From: Podarcis vaucheri
Lineage: Eukaryota
Length of the DNA: 64,000 nucleotides
NCBI GenBank assembly: GCA_965113315.1
Contig: OZ220374.1
Direction: 5' to 3' (one strand)
The position numbers and the translations under genes are program-made. The notes beneath the pieces are model-generated. The model ran no database searches. It was not told the DNA's origin and was given only the letters and a program-made list of their open reading frames with translations. Shown here one piece after another: positions 40,601 through 52,176 of this stretch (the first letter of the stretch is position 1; each line of letters opens with the position of its first letter).

Positions 40601-43600
40601 TTTTGTTGTTTGGTCTTCTGGGTCTATCTAGGGACAAAATGCCCTCACTGAAAAAAATTGAGAGCTGAAATTAGAACTTCTTAAAGAGAGCTCTGTGGTC
40701 AGTGGTAGATGTCAAAAATTAAGTAGTGCATGGCCTAGAGGCTGCAACTAACAAATTGAATAATTAATAATATATATTGGAAAATACACTTTGCATTTGC
40801 AGGTATATAAGTATTTTGTTTGCCATTTAAAAGATCCCTTTGCCCCCCAGTCTAAAACTGGCTCAGTGTGTGAAGTGGGAATTATTATGCCCATCAATTA
40901 TTATTCATATGCAACTTGACTGCCTGCTACTTTAAAGTAAGCTTTTTTGTGTAGTTCCACATGATATACAGTATATTTTCAGACTCTTCATGGGCAAATA
41001 TATTTGACTATGCATGCCATGTGATAAGCCAGACTATGGCTCGCTGGGATCACATGAATATGTGGTCTCCTAAAGAGGAGTTCAGTTGTTTTGCTCCTCC
41101 CCAACCCTTTTTATTCCCATGCTAAGCTAAATCAAGATTTGGCTTAGCGTGGCATCGAAACCAGTGCTTGTGGTCAAGTGCTCTCCTTGCTAACCACAAA
41201 CTATAGCTAAGGTTTGTTCCATGACTTAGCTTAGTGTGGCACAGGAGTGAAAAAGAACAAGGACAGTATGTACTTAAATTGCTTGTTTAATAGTTTGGTC
41301 AGTCTGAGGCTGAAGCATCTGTGTATGTAAGTACAGGATTTACACTCGATTATATAAATTGGTGTGTGAGGCTTTAAATAGTTAACTTTAAGTAAAACCA
41401 TTTAAGCAGTGAAAATTCCATACAGATTTAGGTGCTGAAGTAGCAAAAGATAGTCCAAAGCTTTTAAACCCTTCAGCACCTAGTTTCAGCAAACAATAGA
41501 ACGGCATCATCTGGATATGACTCCTGTTACAGCATAAAAAGTTGCTGAGTTTGTAATTCTTAGTCCTTCATGGAGCAACTGTTTTATGTCTCTTGGCTTT
41601 CTCATTTGGTCACAGCTCCTCTTCCCCCTTCCATTGCTTAAGTCTTCCAAGCTTTATTTCCTAAGAATACTTAAAAAAAATACTTAGATTGAGTAAGATT
41701 TTTAAAAATTGTCATGGTCTTATTTACAGCTCAGCCATCTAATCAATCCCCAATGTCTTTAACATCGGATGCCTCATCACCAAGGTCATACGTATCTCCA
41801 AGGATAAGTACGCCTCAGACTAACACAGTTCCTCTGAAACCTTTGATAAATACACCCCCTGTATCCTCACAGCCAAAGGTAAGATTTTAATGAGTTACAG
41901 CAGGAGTAAAACTCTGCTTCTGTTGTTAAAGCAGACACAAGACTCCAACATTGTAATGTTTTAAATATTTCTTAAAAAATATTTTTGGCTGTTTCTTGTA
42001 TTAAACAAGAAACCCAAAGGATAAGAATCTCAATGTTTAGTATTTCAACAGTTTTCATTAGATGACCTTTAATGGATGCTCTAGTTTCTGGTGGAAAAAA
42101 ACAAGTTGCTTTAATTATTATTATTTTAGTCTATAACTGTCACTGGTTGGACTTGGTAACAAAGTGGCTAAGAGTGAGCTAGGAATTCCCAGTACAGATC
42201 TTGCCTTCGTTTTATTGGTAGGCAGCCTCAAGCAAACCACTCTCATCTTCTTCTACCTTCAACATGGGCATAATAATAGTGGCCTACTTTAAATGTTAGC
42301 AGGATTTCTTTTCCAAAAAAATATTAGTCAATATTCTGTGCTTACTTAGCACAGTCCTTATCGGGCTTTGTGGGAGGAGGTTTAGACAAACTGGTGTCCA
42401 TCTATTACATTATTAGTTCTCTACAATAATTTTAATAGACAGCTTTCACTTCTGTCCTTTCCATACCACCCACAGTTCTCTGAGCAGTTTGACAAAGTCT
42501 AGCATAAATTTTATCATATCAGCCAGTCCCAGTTAATCTAGCTGTCCTTGTTGGCATCCATCTATCTTGGGAAACAATGGAGGAGTGCACCTTTGGGGTA
42601 AAGTCAAATTTTGAAGAGTTACAGCATCTGCTGTGACTGTAGAGACCAATAAAGAAGAGACATGTTTTGTTGCAGCTAGGGCAGATGTGTGTGGTTGTGG
42701 TGCTTCAGATGCACCATGGTCTGTCTCCAGGCACTGAAGTAGTCTGCAAGGGATTCCCACATGGCAGGATTGATGTTGCCAGCCTTGTTTGCAGGATAAT
42801 TGAAGATCATGGGCTGTTTTGAAAGTTGGAGTCTTGTATAATGCACTAACGTGGTGCCTATACGGCTCCCTCCTCCTGCTGAAATTAGACTTAAAAGAAG
42901 CATTCTGCTGTAGCCAATAGACTAGGTTGAGGTGTGTGCTCAGTTGTGGTGTGTGTGCTGCCCACAACAGTTTCTGGGGTTTGCAAAGGTGTCTATTGGC
43001 AGTCCCTGCTGTAATTCAACTAGGAAGTTACCAATAACAATAGCAAAGTACCCGCTGTCCTTGTTATATATCTGTCTCTTCCTCTGTCCTTTTAAAGCAG
43101 CTCTATTCCATTCCAGTTTTCAGATTTATCCTCCCAACAGTTGGTCAGCATTCCGTCAACACTGAACATGCTTAGTCTGTACTGAACTGTGTCTTGGTCC
43201 CTTAAATATTGTAATAAAGTTTTTGTTTTTGTAGGGGTACTTCTGCTAACCTTAGGATTAGCCTCTGTCTTCTGATACCTTCTTTGTATGGGGATTGTGT
43301 GTGTACAGTTTTGAGTATCTTTGTTCATGCAATTTGAGTTAAATTAAATTAGAAGACATCCTTCCTTCCATTTCTGTGTACTATGCCTGAAATAAGTTGC
43401 AGGAGGTATCCCACTTCTAATCCTGATTGATAGCCTTCAGTTTAAGGTTATTTGAAGTAATACTGAAATGTGGTCAAATTTTGAACTTTCAGGTTACTAC
43501 TTCAGGTGTTAAGCAAGGACCAGTTTCACAGTCAGCATCTCAGCAGCAAGTGATTGCTGACAAACAACAAGGTCATGAACCTGCTTCTCCTCGAAGTCTT

Positions 43601-46600
43601 CAGCGTTCAAGGTATATATTACATTGGTATTGGCTTTTGACTTCACCATATCCTATTCTACCATGTGTTGCTTTTTGGAGCTGCATGCTCTCATCTGCAA
43701 ATACTGCCTGTAAAGTGGTACCTCGGGTTACATACACTTCAGGTTACATACGCTTCAGGTTACAGACTCCGCTAACCCAGAAATAGTACCTCGGGTTAAG
43801 AACTTTGCTTCAGGATGAGAACAGAAATCGCGTGGCGACAGCAGGAGGCCCCATTAGCTAAAGTGGTACCTTAGGTTAAGAACAGTTTCAGGTTAAGAAC
43901 GGACCTCCAGAACGAATTAAGTACTTAACCCGAGGTACCACTGTACAGTATTCTTGCATTCAAAGTTGGGGAGAACATTACAGTCTCAGTGCAATTGCAG
44001 GATAGATTATTTACACATGGCCAGTTATTGGAGTTAGTGGCCTATTAACTGTAGTGTCTAGATTTCAGTTTTATGTTTGTACAGGTGAGCTAACACCTGT
44101 ACATCCTGGAATTCTGTTGCCTTAAGTTATGCAGGAAAAACAGGAAGGACTTCACAAGCTGCTTCTTCACCACAAGTGTGTGTATTCAGTTTTGAGACAT
44201 GAATGGAAATCTTGGGGGCTTTTTGTGTATTGTCTTTGAAGCCAGCATAAGCTATTCATGTTAACAGAAATGTGGCAGTGCTTAAACACATCTCTGCTGT
44301 TGGTGAATGTAAAGATAAATTCTTAGTCCCATTATTAGGTGGTACGGGGACAGAATTTCCATATTAAATTCCTAGTATTGTTTTTAAAACCTGTATGTTA
44401 CCATTTTAAGTAAACAATTTGAACACAGTTGCATTTCAGAAATTTGCTTGGTGCTTTTTAAACAGTTGTGGCTTTTTTGGTTGTGTGATAGTAGCAGATA
44501 AGCTTATGAAGGCACACTAAAATTTTGAATTAAAGGAAATCTGTCATTGTTGAGCCCTCCTTTTAAGTGTATGATTTCATTGAGATGAATCAGCTCAGAT
44601 TTTTAATAATGGTAGTTCTGAATTGTTCTTTATGTAGCTTTGATCTTCAGGTTTGAGCTACATTTTGTCCAGTAGAATGCATCATATCTTGAAAAAAGGT
44701 GCTTTAAAAAAAAAAATAGAGCTTGGAGACTAAAAGGAAATGTTTACATGACATAAATATCATGTTTAAAAATAAAAATAGGGATAAAATTATTATTGGC
44801 ATTGTTGGTTAAGATTAAGGCAGTCAAATTCTGGAAGTGCTTTGCTTCCGGGTTGTTTGGTTTCTAGGTGGTGTTTTTTCCCACCCCCTGGGATAGGGTT
44901 GCCAAAGAAATACTAGGAGCAAAACAGTTTTTATGTGTGCAGGGCAAGGTTTCAACAGCCATCATAGGGTCAGGAAGTGCATAATGCGAACAAAAGTACA
45001 CTCGTGCACAAATACACTGACTGCAACTGACAGAAATAATTATGTATACTTGATTAATATGCTATTCATTAAATTGTCCTAGTATACCCAATATTGTGCT
45101 TTGGTCTGAATTAAGGCTCACTATTGATGCATAATGTCAACTCCTAATCTTATGCAAGTGGCTTCTCAGGATTATCTTCTGCTCTGTGCCTACTGTTGGA
45201 TTGGCTTCTGGTTGGTGTAGAATACATGTGTGTGCTAAGCCATAATTGACTTAGTGTGACATGTGATCCCCGGGCCACTGGCCACATGTACAGCTCTGTT
45301 CTGAATCAGAGCATAATCCAGTTGCCTGGAGTAATTCTTACTTGCAGAGGTTACTAGTCAAGTGTCTTCAGTACAAAAATGTCCGAGCACTGGAGAAGCA
45401 TAGATACTAGGCATGGTGTCCTTTCATTTCACCTCAGGCATTTCCCAATTTGGGGCAAGTGGGACTTTGGGCAAATCCCTGAAACAAGAGTCTGGGAGAC
45501 TAGTAAAAGAGAACAATTCTATAAAAAGAATTGTTGCTTAATATAACGTTCCATCTTTGCTGCTCCTATTTGCCACTCTAGCCAATATGAAGAAAATTCC
45601 TTTGTTTAGGATGGTGTGGGTTCTGCAATCAGAACTAATGCAGGTGGTGCCACTATCAGTATACTAGTATAATATCCTGGTTTACAGAACTGTTAGGATG
45701 TCTTTTGTGGAATTGACAGGCAGTGTGATGTGGATGGTGAAACTGGATGTAAAAGACAAAAGGTGCTAGGCACATACACTTAATATGTGGGCCTGTGGAA
45801 GTGATTTATAAAACCTGTGGCACCTGCTTGTCATAGGAAGAGAGTTACTGGTGTGTTCTTGGAAAAGAATGGGGTTACCTGCTGTTGGGACTAATGACAT
45901 CAGGGAGGCACATAGAAGACATTAAATAAACTTCCTTTTTAAATAAACTTCAGGAGAGTTTGGTTTCTCCCCTCCCCCCATACCCATGTCAATTGAGACA
46001 GAATTAGTTTGAAATCCATTGAAGCCATGAAGAAAACAATCCTCACTAATGACTTAGTTATTGTCTTCTCACAGACAATTTGCAAAATGATAATCTCATG
46101 ATTTAGGGGACGCGGGTGGCGCTGTGGGTTAAACCACTGAGCCTAGGACTTGCCAATCAAAAGGTCGGCGGTTCAAATCCCCACGACAGGGTGAACTCCC
46201 GTTGCTCGGTCCCTGCTGCTGCCAACCTAGCAGTTCGACAGCACCTCAAAGTGCAAGTAGATAAATAGGCGGGAAGGTAAACGGCATTTCCGTGCGCTGC
46301 TCTGGTTCGCCAGAAGTGGCTTAGTCATGCTGGCCACATGACCTGGAAGCTGTACGCCGGCTCCCTCGGCCAATAAAGCGAGATGAGCACCGCAACCCCA
46401 GAGTCTGGCACAACTGGACCTAATGGTCAGGGGTCCCTTTACCCTTTACCTTTAATCTCACGATTACTGGCTATGCAACTTTCAGGTGAGCATTTTCCCA
46501 TGGAAGAGATTGGAACTATTCTATATAGTCTTTGTAGAGTTGGAAGGGACCTTGGGCATAATCCAATCTATGCCGAATCTACTGTGCAGGGTGCAGATTA

Positions 46601-49600
46601 AGCATCCCTGACAAGCTAACTCAACAAACATTGATTCATTCTTTTTCTTTTAGTAGTCAGAGAAGTCCATCTCCTGGTCCAAATCATACCTCCAATACAA
46701 GTGCTTCTAATACGACAGCACCACAGAATGCATCCGCACGACCTACGTGTTCATTAACACCCACGTTAGCGGCACATTTCAATGAAAACCTTATAAAGCA
46801 TGTCCAAGGGTGGCCTGCAGATCATGCAGAAAAGCAGGTGAGTGTACATTTTGTAGTGTTGGGCAGAATCCAGTGTTGTTTGAGTAGATTTCCGCTTGCA
46901 CAATAGGCTTTCACTTTCCTCTCCTATCCCCTGCACACCTCCAAAATTTGCCTTAGACTTTGGGAAGCAGATTTTGACAGTACATAAGGGGGCTGCAGTA
47001 AGGAGGAGGTGGAGATGAAATACTTTTTTGCTTGCAACCCTTTGGATTACAGCACTTTAGCTTCCTTTTGAATGTGTTTTAAATTTCCTCTGTTCAAATT
47101 CTTGTGAACACCAATGATCTTTAAAGCAAATAATTTAATGCTAGTGAATATTTCACAGCTTGCATTTCCATTTCCATGGAGGTTGGAAGCACTGGAATTG
47201 TTCTTATGCATGGGTGTAATACTGTTGTAGGTAGTTTGTGTTGGGGTATCCCAACAGTTTGGTGGGGGAAACAGGTTGTAGAATAGGTATAGTGATTTTT
47301 TATATACTGGGAGATTGAAGTACCTTAAAATTGTTAGCCAAGAAACATGTTGTTTTATTTAGATTTTCCTCATTTTAATCCCGTGATTTAGGGCAGTGTT
47401 ACATTAGATAAGCTTTTATAATTTGTCAGTTACCTGGTTCATGGTTGTCTGCAACAATTGACCTTGGTGACTGGGGACTGTCTGACCTGGAAATTCAGTG
47501 ACACTTTCACTCCTGCTTTAAAAGATTACTTGCCCTTTAAGGCAAAAATGTGGGAGGGGAGAGTTCTGTGTACCAGGCTACATAGCAATGCACTGTTACT
47601 GCCAGGTTTATGGTTCTGTTCTCCCTTTTTGGGAGGGTAGATGGCGAGCAGAGAATAGGACTAGTCACTGTTTTTGTCGTTTGAAGCAAGGAGCCTTCCT
47701 ATTCACAGCAAGTAGAGCAGAGGATGAGTGAGTGTATTTGCAGGTTTAAAATATATTCCTCTATTATCCAGCAACCTTACCTTGTGAAGGAAGTTTAAGT
47801 TGAGAGTTATATAGACATGGCCCCCTTTGTTTCATGGCTTAATAAGATTTGAAGCTGCCTTAGCTATTCAGATTCAGTCATTTGTTTTCAGGCAAACTTG
47901 CATGCCTGTTGAAGCAGAAAAGAAGCTGAGAAGATTACAGTGGTGTTAGAAATCATTGTTGAGGTTTAGAAAGGCTTACAGAAAAATATTTACTTTTCAA
48001 TCCAATGCTGTACAAATTAAAAGTTAAATGTTGTTTTCTGTAATTCTCAAAACCAATAACCCTTTTCTCCATGTCAGTTTTATAAAGTTGAATGAAAAAA
48101 TAACCAGTTAACTGTAAAGTATAAAAGAATAAAATTTCTTTTTAGTTGTGGTTTTTAAATTTTAGCTAACTGGGCCTTTCTGTTTTGACCTTTCAGACTT
48201 CATAGTAATTATTGATAATGTTGTAAGATAAGGCATTGCAGCACAGATGCAGTGTTTTAAATATTACAGTTTTAACATGAACTCTAGTCAGTGTAACAGA
48301 AACATCCTGTAGCAGAGAGGACTGAAACTTCATTACAGTGTATATATAATGTAGTACTGTCAGTTTATAATTTGTTCTGGTCAGACAACAAATTTTACCA
48401 GAGCACATGAACTTCACAAAAAGCCATACAACACGAATATCTTACCTAGATAAGGGATAGGGAACCCCAGATGCTGTTTGGACTCCAACTCCCATCAGCA
48501 TCAGACAACATGGCCAATAGTCGGGGGTAATGAGGTTAATAATCAAACAACAACTGGAAGGGCCACAGGTTGGACATCTCTGATCTAGATGCTTTGTGCA
48601 AAAGTTAGTATGAAAACATCATGAAAACACCATGAAAGGGGATAGGGAAGCGTTCTAAAAACAATCCAGTGAGGACCGAGTATGCTCAGGGGGGTAAGAA
48701 TGCTAATGAGTGTTTTTTGTCAGTGTGGTGGAATATGGAATGGCGTATGCTGAAAGAGAGCATTGTTGGTATCAGTCTGTCTTGAGAGACAATGGAATGC
48801 GCTTCTAAGAGTGAAGTCAAACCATTGGAGAATCACTGTGGCTGCAAAGACTGGTAACTCATAACTGCTGCCTCCCAAGCCTGGGCAGTATGTTTGGAGG
48901 TCCTGGGCTGCCCAGACAACAACACCCACTCTCTTCTCAGCCAATACACCATACAACCATCTTAGGGATTGCACTCCAGATTGTGTAGGATTTGATGCTT
49001 AAACTTTTCTTCTGAGGATGTTCCACAAGGCACTGGGTTTTCCTCAGGTTTACGGCCGAAGCCTTTCTCACTGATGAGTGAGAAGGCAGCCACAAGACAG
49101 CAGAGGTTTAGAAGAGACCATCGCTGGCTGGGATCTTGATCACAGGAGTACTCCACGCTGTAGTGTTTTGTGGCAGCTCCCACGTCATTCTTCTAGTTTC
49201 CATATTCGGGGAAATGCTTGCCCAGATCCTTGACTTTTCAGTCAATCTCTTTCCAATCCCAGAATCAATTTCAGTCAGTGTACTCTGTTAAATCTTAGTA
49301 GGATAGCAGTTCTTCATGTTGCCTAATCTACATTTGATGGCTCTACTTTTAGGGTGCTGATTCTCGCCCATCTTTTGCAGTTGTAACCAGTACAGGAGAA
49401 GTGCTTTATGCACTCTGATGGAAGGAAACCCAACTTCCACATGCAACATTGCAGCCAGTGTACCATTTGGTAGGCACAGATGGACTTTTAAGAATTGGTT
49501 TTGGATTACTCCAAGGCATTTTAACTCCAAATTTTTACCTCGCACTGTATTTGGGCAAAGATCTGATAAATAAAAATTACAATGGTTGAGGCCAGTAAAT

Positions 49601-50802
49601 TTTTACCGATTCCCTATGAAAAGTCAGTTTTAGACACAACATTTCGTATAGCTACTCTGCCTAGATAGACAAATTCATTAAATACCTAGGTATTTTTAAA
49701 AGATGTCTTAAATGTCTTAAGTGCAGGTGGGGAACATGCTGTTGAACTTGGGTTCTGCCATGGGCTTTCCATGTGTATATGGTTGGCCACTTTGAGAACA
49801 GTGTTGGACAAACAGACTGTTTGGCCTGATCTGTTGGGCTCTTCTTACATTCAGACTACTTCCTGTAATGGACAGTTCTGGGTTCTTGCTGACAGACAGC
49901 ACCACACTTTAAATACCCATTTGAATTAAGTAGGTGAAGCACCATGTTGCTGGCATATAACAGGACTGGGATTTTACCATTTTGAATGAATGGCAAGAAA
50001 CTGAGGGTTCTGAGATTCTTTTGACACCAATACCATACTTTGTGTTTACGTCCAGAAGTTACTCCAAAAGCTGCAACACACTTTCCAACTCCTCCTCTTA
50101 ACTCTTTTAGGCATCGAGATTACGTGAAGAAGCTCATAACATGGGAAGTGTCCACATGTCAGAAATTTGTACTGAATTAAAAAACTTAAGATCTTTAGTT
50201 CGAGTATGTGAAATTCAAGCAACTTTGCGCGAGCAAAGGTAAGAATTCTGGGTTTCTCATCTTGATTTCCCAAATCCTTTTCATCAGTGTTTTTGTTTCA
50301 TAATGTTTTATAAACTTAAGAGCTACTGAGCAACTTTCCCTAGCGTACAGTCAGGGGCTAAAAACTGTTACAGCTTAACATATAGGATGACATTGACTTA
50401 AACAGGAATAATACCTCCCTCCACAGCCATTGAACTACTGAAGGTGCCCTTGTGTGTTCCTGGATCTTGAACAATTATTTAGTCCATTATGTGTACCATT
50501 AAGGTAGGTCAATTATTTCTAGGCCCAGCAATTTTGTCCTTTTTAAAAATAAAAAATAAAATGCATACAAAACTGTGTTTATCACAGTATTATCCCTTCA
50601 ACCTATTGTAGATTGAATAACTAACTTTAAGAATGTGCATGTCATTATTAAAGTACTAATTCATGGAGTAAATTACTCATCTAAGAATGGATTTGACATG
50701 CCAGTACTAATTGCTTTCTTTTCCCTTTGTAGGATACTATTTTTGAGACAACAAATTAAAGAACTTGAAAAACTAAAGAATCAGAATTCCTTCATGGTGT
50801 GA
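7897..50802 (+). CDS. WAC: WW domain-containing adaptor with coiled-coil, 14 coding exons: 7897-7937, 8088-8124, 9773-9968, 33622-33728, 34472-34587, 34664-34776, 36463-36780 (or -36771), 38049-38294, 39790-39912, 41730-41878, 43493-43611, 46654-46837, 50111-50238, 50733-50802; 648 (or 645) aa
   Basis: All introns GT-AG and phase-consistent; translation runs from [14 protein letters not shown] to [10 protein letters not shown] and matches recalled vertebrate WAC throughout. Confidence 0.97.
8088..8124 (+). CDS. WAC: WAC exon 2 ([12 protein letters not shown])
   Basis: TTTCCAG| acceptor; CAG|GTACCG donor. Confidence 0.95.
9773..9968 (+). CDS. WAC: WAC exon 3 ([10 protein letters not shown]...RVRERDG)
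   Basis: TTTCAG| acceptor; G|GTGAGT donor. Confidence 0.95.
12432..12654 (-). mobile_element. Tc1/mariner MITE in inverted orientation
   Basis: TA TSD, CAGTGGTACCTC TIR; body is the reverse complement of the 5740/15091 family. Confidence 0.85.
13900..14230 (-). mobile_element. L2 LINE 3' fragment
   Basis: Reverse complement of the L2 3' region seen at about 4740-5040. Confidence 0.8.
15091..15316 (+). mobile_element. Tc1/mariner MITE
   Basis: TA TSD on both sides; TIR CAGTGGTACCTCAGGTTA...TAACCTGAGGTACCACTG. Confidence 0.9.
15580..15601. repeat. (GT)n microsatellite
   Basis: About 11 GT units. Confidence 0.9.
17750..18640 (+). mobile_element. L2 LINE 3' fragment interrupted by Bov-B
   Basis: [18 protein letters not shown]...WLPVRF...FKVL at about 17765-17920 resumes as [12 protein letters not shown] after 18328. 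Confidence 0.85.
17921..18327 (-). mobile_element. Bov-B (RTE) LINE, 5'-truncated
   Basis: [18 protein letters not shown]...[13 protein letters not shown]-type Bov-B C-terminus; (CAA)n tail; 9-bp TSD AGTGTTGGT at 17912-17920 and 18328-18336. Confidence 0.92.
20650..21320 (-). mobile_element. Non-autonomous element with an RTE-type 3' end
   Basis: Minus strand ends ...ACTCCATTGTCTCCAGACAGACGAATGCCAA; related ends near 42550 and 48765; sits within older L2-like sequence. Confidence 0.55.
21330..22330 (+). mobile_element. Old degenerate L2 LINE RT/3' region
   Basis: Remnants resembling LDLSAAFDTIDH, LFNIYM and [13 protein letters not shown] motifs. Confidence 0.55.
24305..24550 (+). mobile_element. 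Tc1/mariner MITE, related subfamily
   Basis: TA TSD; imperfect TIRs CAGTCATACCT / AGGTACCACTG. Confidence 0.8.
26179..26409 (+). mobile_element. Tc1/mariner MITE
   Basis: TA TSD; TIRs CAGTGGAACCT / AGGTACCGCTG; body shared with the 15091 copy. Confidence 0.85.
26521..26764 (+). mobile_element. tRNA-derived SINE (Squam3-like), full length
   Basis: Box A TGGTGTAGTGG, box B GGTTCGTGTCT, MIR/CORE-like GGGTGACCTTGGGCTAGTCAC, (CTT)n tail; TSD TCTAAAAGA at 26512-26520 and 26765-26773. Confidence 0.85.
28634..28662. repeat. (TCAA)n microsatellite
   Basis: About 7 tandem units. Confidence 0.9.
28950..29462. mobile_element. hAT-family non-autonomous element
   Basis: 8-bp TSD CACTAGAG at 28942-28949 and 29463-29470; imperfect TIRs CAACGATTTTCAACC / GGTTGAAAACCTCTG. 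Confidence 0.88.
33622..33728 (+). CDS. WAC: WAC exon 4 ([12 protein letters not shown]...KTSDA)
   Basis: TTTTTAG| acceptor; GCA|GTAAGT donor. Confidence 0.95.
34472..34587 (+). CDS. WAC: WAC exon 5, WW domain ([28 protein letters not shown])
   Basis: WW signature W...YYYN...WEKP; CCCCAAG| acceptor; AG|GTAAGT donor. Confidence 0.97.
34664..34776 (+). CDS. WAC: WAC exon 6 (EQRQKEA...GFASG)
   Basis: Follows a 76-nt intron; CTCCAG| acceptor; A|GTATGT donor. Confidence 0.95.
36463..36780 (+). CDS. WAC: WAC exon 7 (MEEKHSSDA...KTERK[SLS]); alternative donor at 36771
   Basis: Matches the WAC S/P-rich region; donors A|GTTTGT (36772) and CAG|GTAAAA (36781). Confidence 0.9.
38049..38294 (+). CDS. 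WAC: WAC exon 8 (...[18 protein letters not shown]...ISKINE)
   Basis: TTCTTCAG| acceptor; G|GTAAGA donor. Confidence 0.95.
39428..39702. mobile_element. Tc1/mariner MITE (distinct family) with an internal 18-bp tandem repeat
   Basis: TA TSD; TIRs CAGTGGTGCC..CAAGA / TCTTGCGAGGCACCACTG; about 3 copies of TAAGCCGTTAATAGCCGC. Confidence 0.85.
39790..39912 (+). CDS. WAC: WAC exon 9 ([12 protein letters not shown]...QLSTQ)
   Basis: CTGTTAG| acceptor (alternative TTACAG| 9 nt downstream); G|GTATTT donor. Confidence 0.92.
41730..41878 (+). CDS. WAC: WAC exon 10 ([21 protein letters not shown]...SSQPK)
   Basis: TTTACAG| acceptor; AAG|GTAAGA donor. Confidence 0.95.
42548..43000 (-). mobile_element. 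Degenerate element with an RTE-type 3' end
   Basis: Shares TTGGCATCC.TCT.TCT.GG.ACAATGGAG...AAGTCAAA terminus with the 20650 and 48763 copies. Confidence 0.5.
43493..43611 (+). CDS. WAC: WAC exon 11 ([10 protein letters not shown]...RSLQRS)
   Basis: TTTCAG| acceptor; AG|GTATAT donor. Confidence 0.95.
43713..43943 (+). mobile_element. Tc1/mariner MITE
   Basis: TA TSD; TIR (C>A)AGTGGTACCTCGGGTTA...TAACCCGAGGTACCACTG. Confidence 0.9.
46104..46452 (+). mobile_element. Sauria SINE, full length
   Basis: GGGACGCGGGTGGCGCTGTGG head, (ACCTTT)-like tail; TSD TAATCTCA[T/C]GATT at 46091-46103 and 46453-46465. Confidence 0.92.
46654..46837 (+). CDS. WAC: WAC exon 12 ([11 protein letters not shown]...[10 protein letters not shown])
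   Basis: TAG|TAG tandem acceptor; CAG|GTGAGT donor. Confidence 0.95.
48763..49260 (-). mobile_element. Degenerate element with an RTE-type 3' end, related to the 20650 copy
   Basis: Shares the terminus and GCCTGGGCAGT.TGT.TGGAGG..TCCTGGGCT..CCAGA with the 20650 copy. Confidence 0.55.
50111..50238 (+). CDS. WAC: WAC exon 13 ([12 protein letters not shown]...QATLREQR)
   Basis: TTTTAG| acceptor; AG|GTAAGA donor. Confidence 0.96.
50733..50802 (+). CDS. WAC: WAC exon 14 coding part, coiled-coil end ([22 protein letters not shown])
   Basis: TTTGTAG| acceptor; TGA at 50800-50802. Confidence 0.96.
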
Positions 50803-50970
50803 AAAAGTTGTGAATAATTGCACATGGGTTTTGAGTACAGGAACTGTAAAACTGATTGCCCAGTCTTAACATTTTTGAGCTGCATTTGAGTAGACTTTGG
50901 ACCGTTGAGTTGGGCAAAAATAAAAAAGATAACATGGGAAAGGGGACAGGAGGGGTGTCATTCAGGGGAA

Positions 50971-51173
50971 NNNNNNNNNNNNNNNNNNNNNNNNNNNNNN
51001 NNNNNNNNNNNNNNNNNNNNNNNNNNNNNNNNNNNNNNNNNNNNNNNNNNNNNNNNNNNNNNNNNNNNNNNNNNNNNNNNNNNNNNNNNNNNNNNNNNNN
51101 NNNNNNNNNNNNNNNNNNNNNNNNNNNNNNNNNNNNNNNNNNNNNNNNNNNNNNNNNNNNNNNNNNNNNNNNN
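50971..51173. other. Assembly gap (203 N) within the WAC 3' UTR
   Basis: Run of N. Confidence 1.
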
Positions 51174-52164
51174 TTAGTTAATTTATCATTCAGAAATCTT
51201 GCATTTCCTAAAATTCAATGCAAGCGCCAGGCGATCTGTGTCTCAAGGCTGCAACAGTTTGAAACAGTTTGGGTAATGTACAAAATATCATGAAACAACT
51301 GTTTCCACACTTGCACCGAATCAAGAGCAGTGCTTCTCCATTTCTGTTTTACAGAGCAGTGTTTTTCATTTTCTGTGTTCATTTCCCCCTTAAAATCCTA
51401 GATCTGATTTTATCAGCTTTTTTTTTTTTAATTCTAATTTCCTCCTTTCCTAAAGCACTGTTGCTATGGCACTTTTCTATAATCTTTTCATTCCTGTGTA
51501 CAGTAGCTTAAAATTGCAGTGATTGAGCATAACCCACTTGTTTGTATAAATTATTGAAATGTATTTCCATTTGCACCCTGTAAGAATGGACTGGTAGTAC
51601 TGCTGGGCATGTGTGCTGAAAGTACATCCCTTTTTCAAATTATAAGGAAACAGCCCAATGAACATGTCAACATGGTTGTGGGAGGGAAAGAAGGAAAAAA
51701 AAACTAGTCAGATGTGAATTGTATCTGTTGTAATAAACATGTTTAAAACAAAGAAACACTGGTTTTCATTTCCTTTGGTCGAAACATTCGAATTTGGCCT
51801 CTTTGGGGATTTGTTTACCGAAGCTATTCTTGTTGAATACTTTTTTACTTATCTGAAAATAAGTCCTCAAGGGAGGCTTTATTTTAAAAATTGTAAACAG
51901 AAAATTGTGTATAAAATATTTAATGACATTCAACAAGGATCATTGACACCTCCCCAACAGTTGTCATATGTTAACTCCTGGTTTTACCTGTCCTGCTATT
52001 ATGACATTTCATTTCGAAGGATGTTTGTGTTGTAGCTAACTGTTCAAGTCTGGTGCTGACTGCTGTTCTTAGCCATCACAAAACGCTGACTTTGTGTAAT
52101 TGGAGTTTCTCACTATTTGAAAATGGTGGGAAGGCTCAGCTTTGTATATTGTTTCCTAAAGTAT

Positions 52165-52176
52165 ATTAAAAATAAA
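52165..52176 (+). terminator. Probable main WAC poly(A) signal
   Basis: Adjacent ATTAAA and AATAAA preceded by TGTA motifs and followed by a T/GT-rich tract; proximal AATAAA at 51732-51737. Confidence 0.65.

Noticed and set aside
50856-51293. ORFs spanning the N run
   Set aside because: Artefacts of the assembly gap in the 3' UTR
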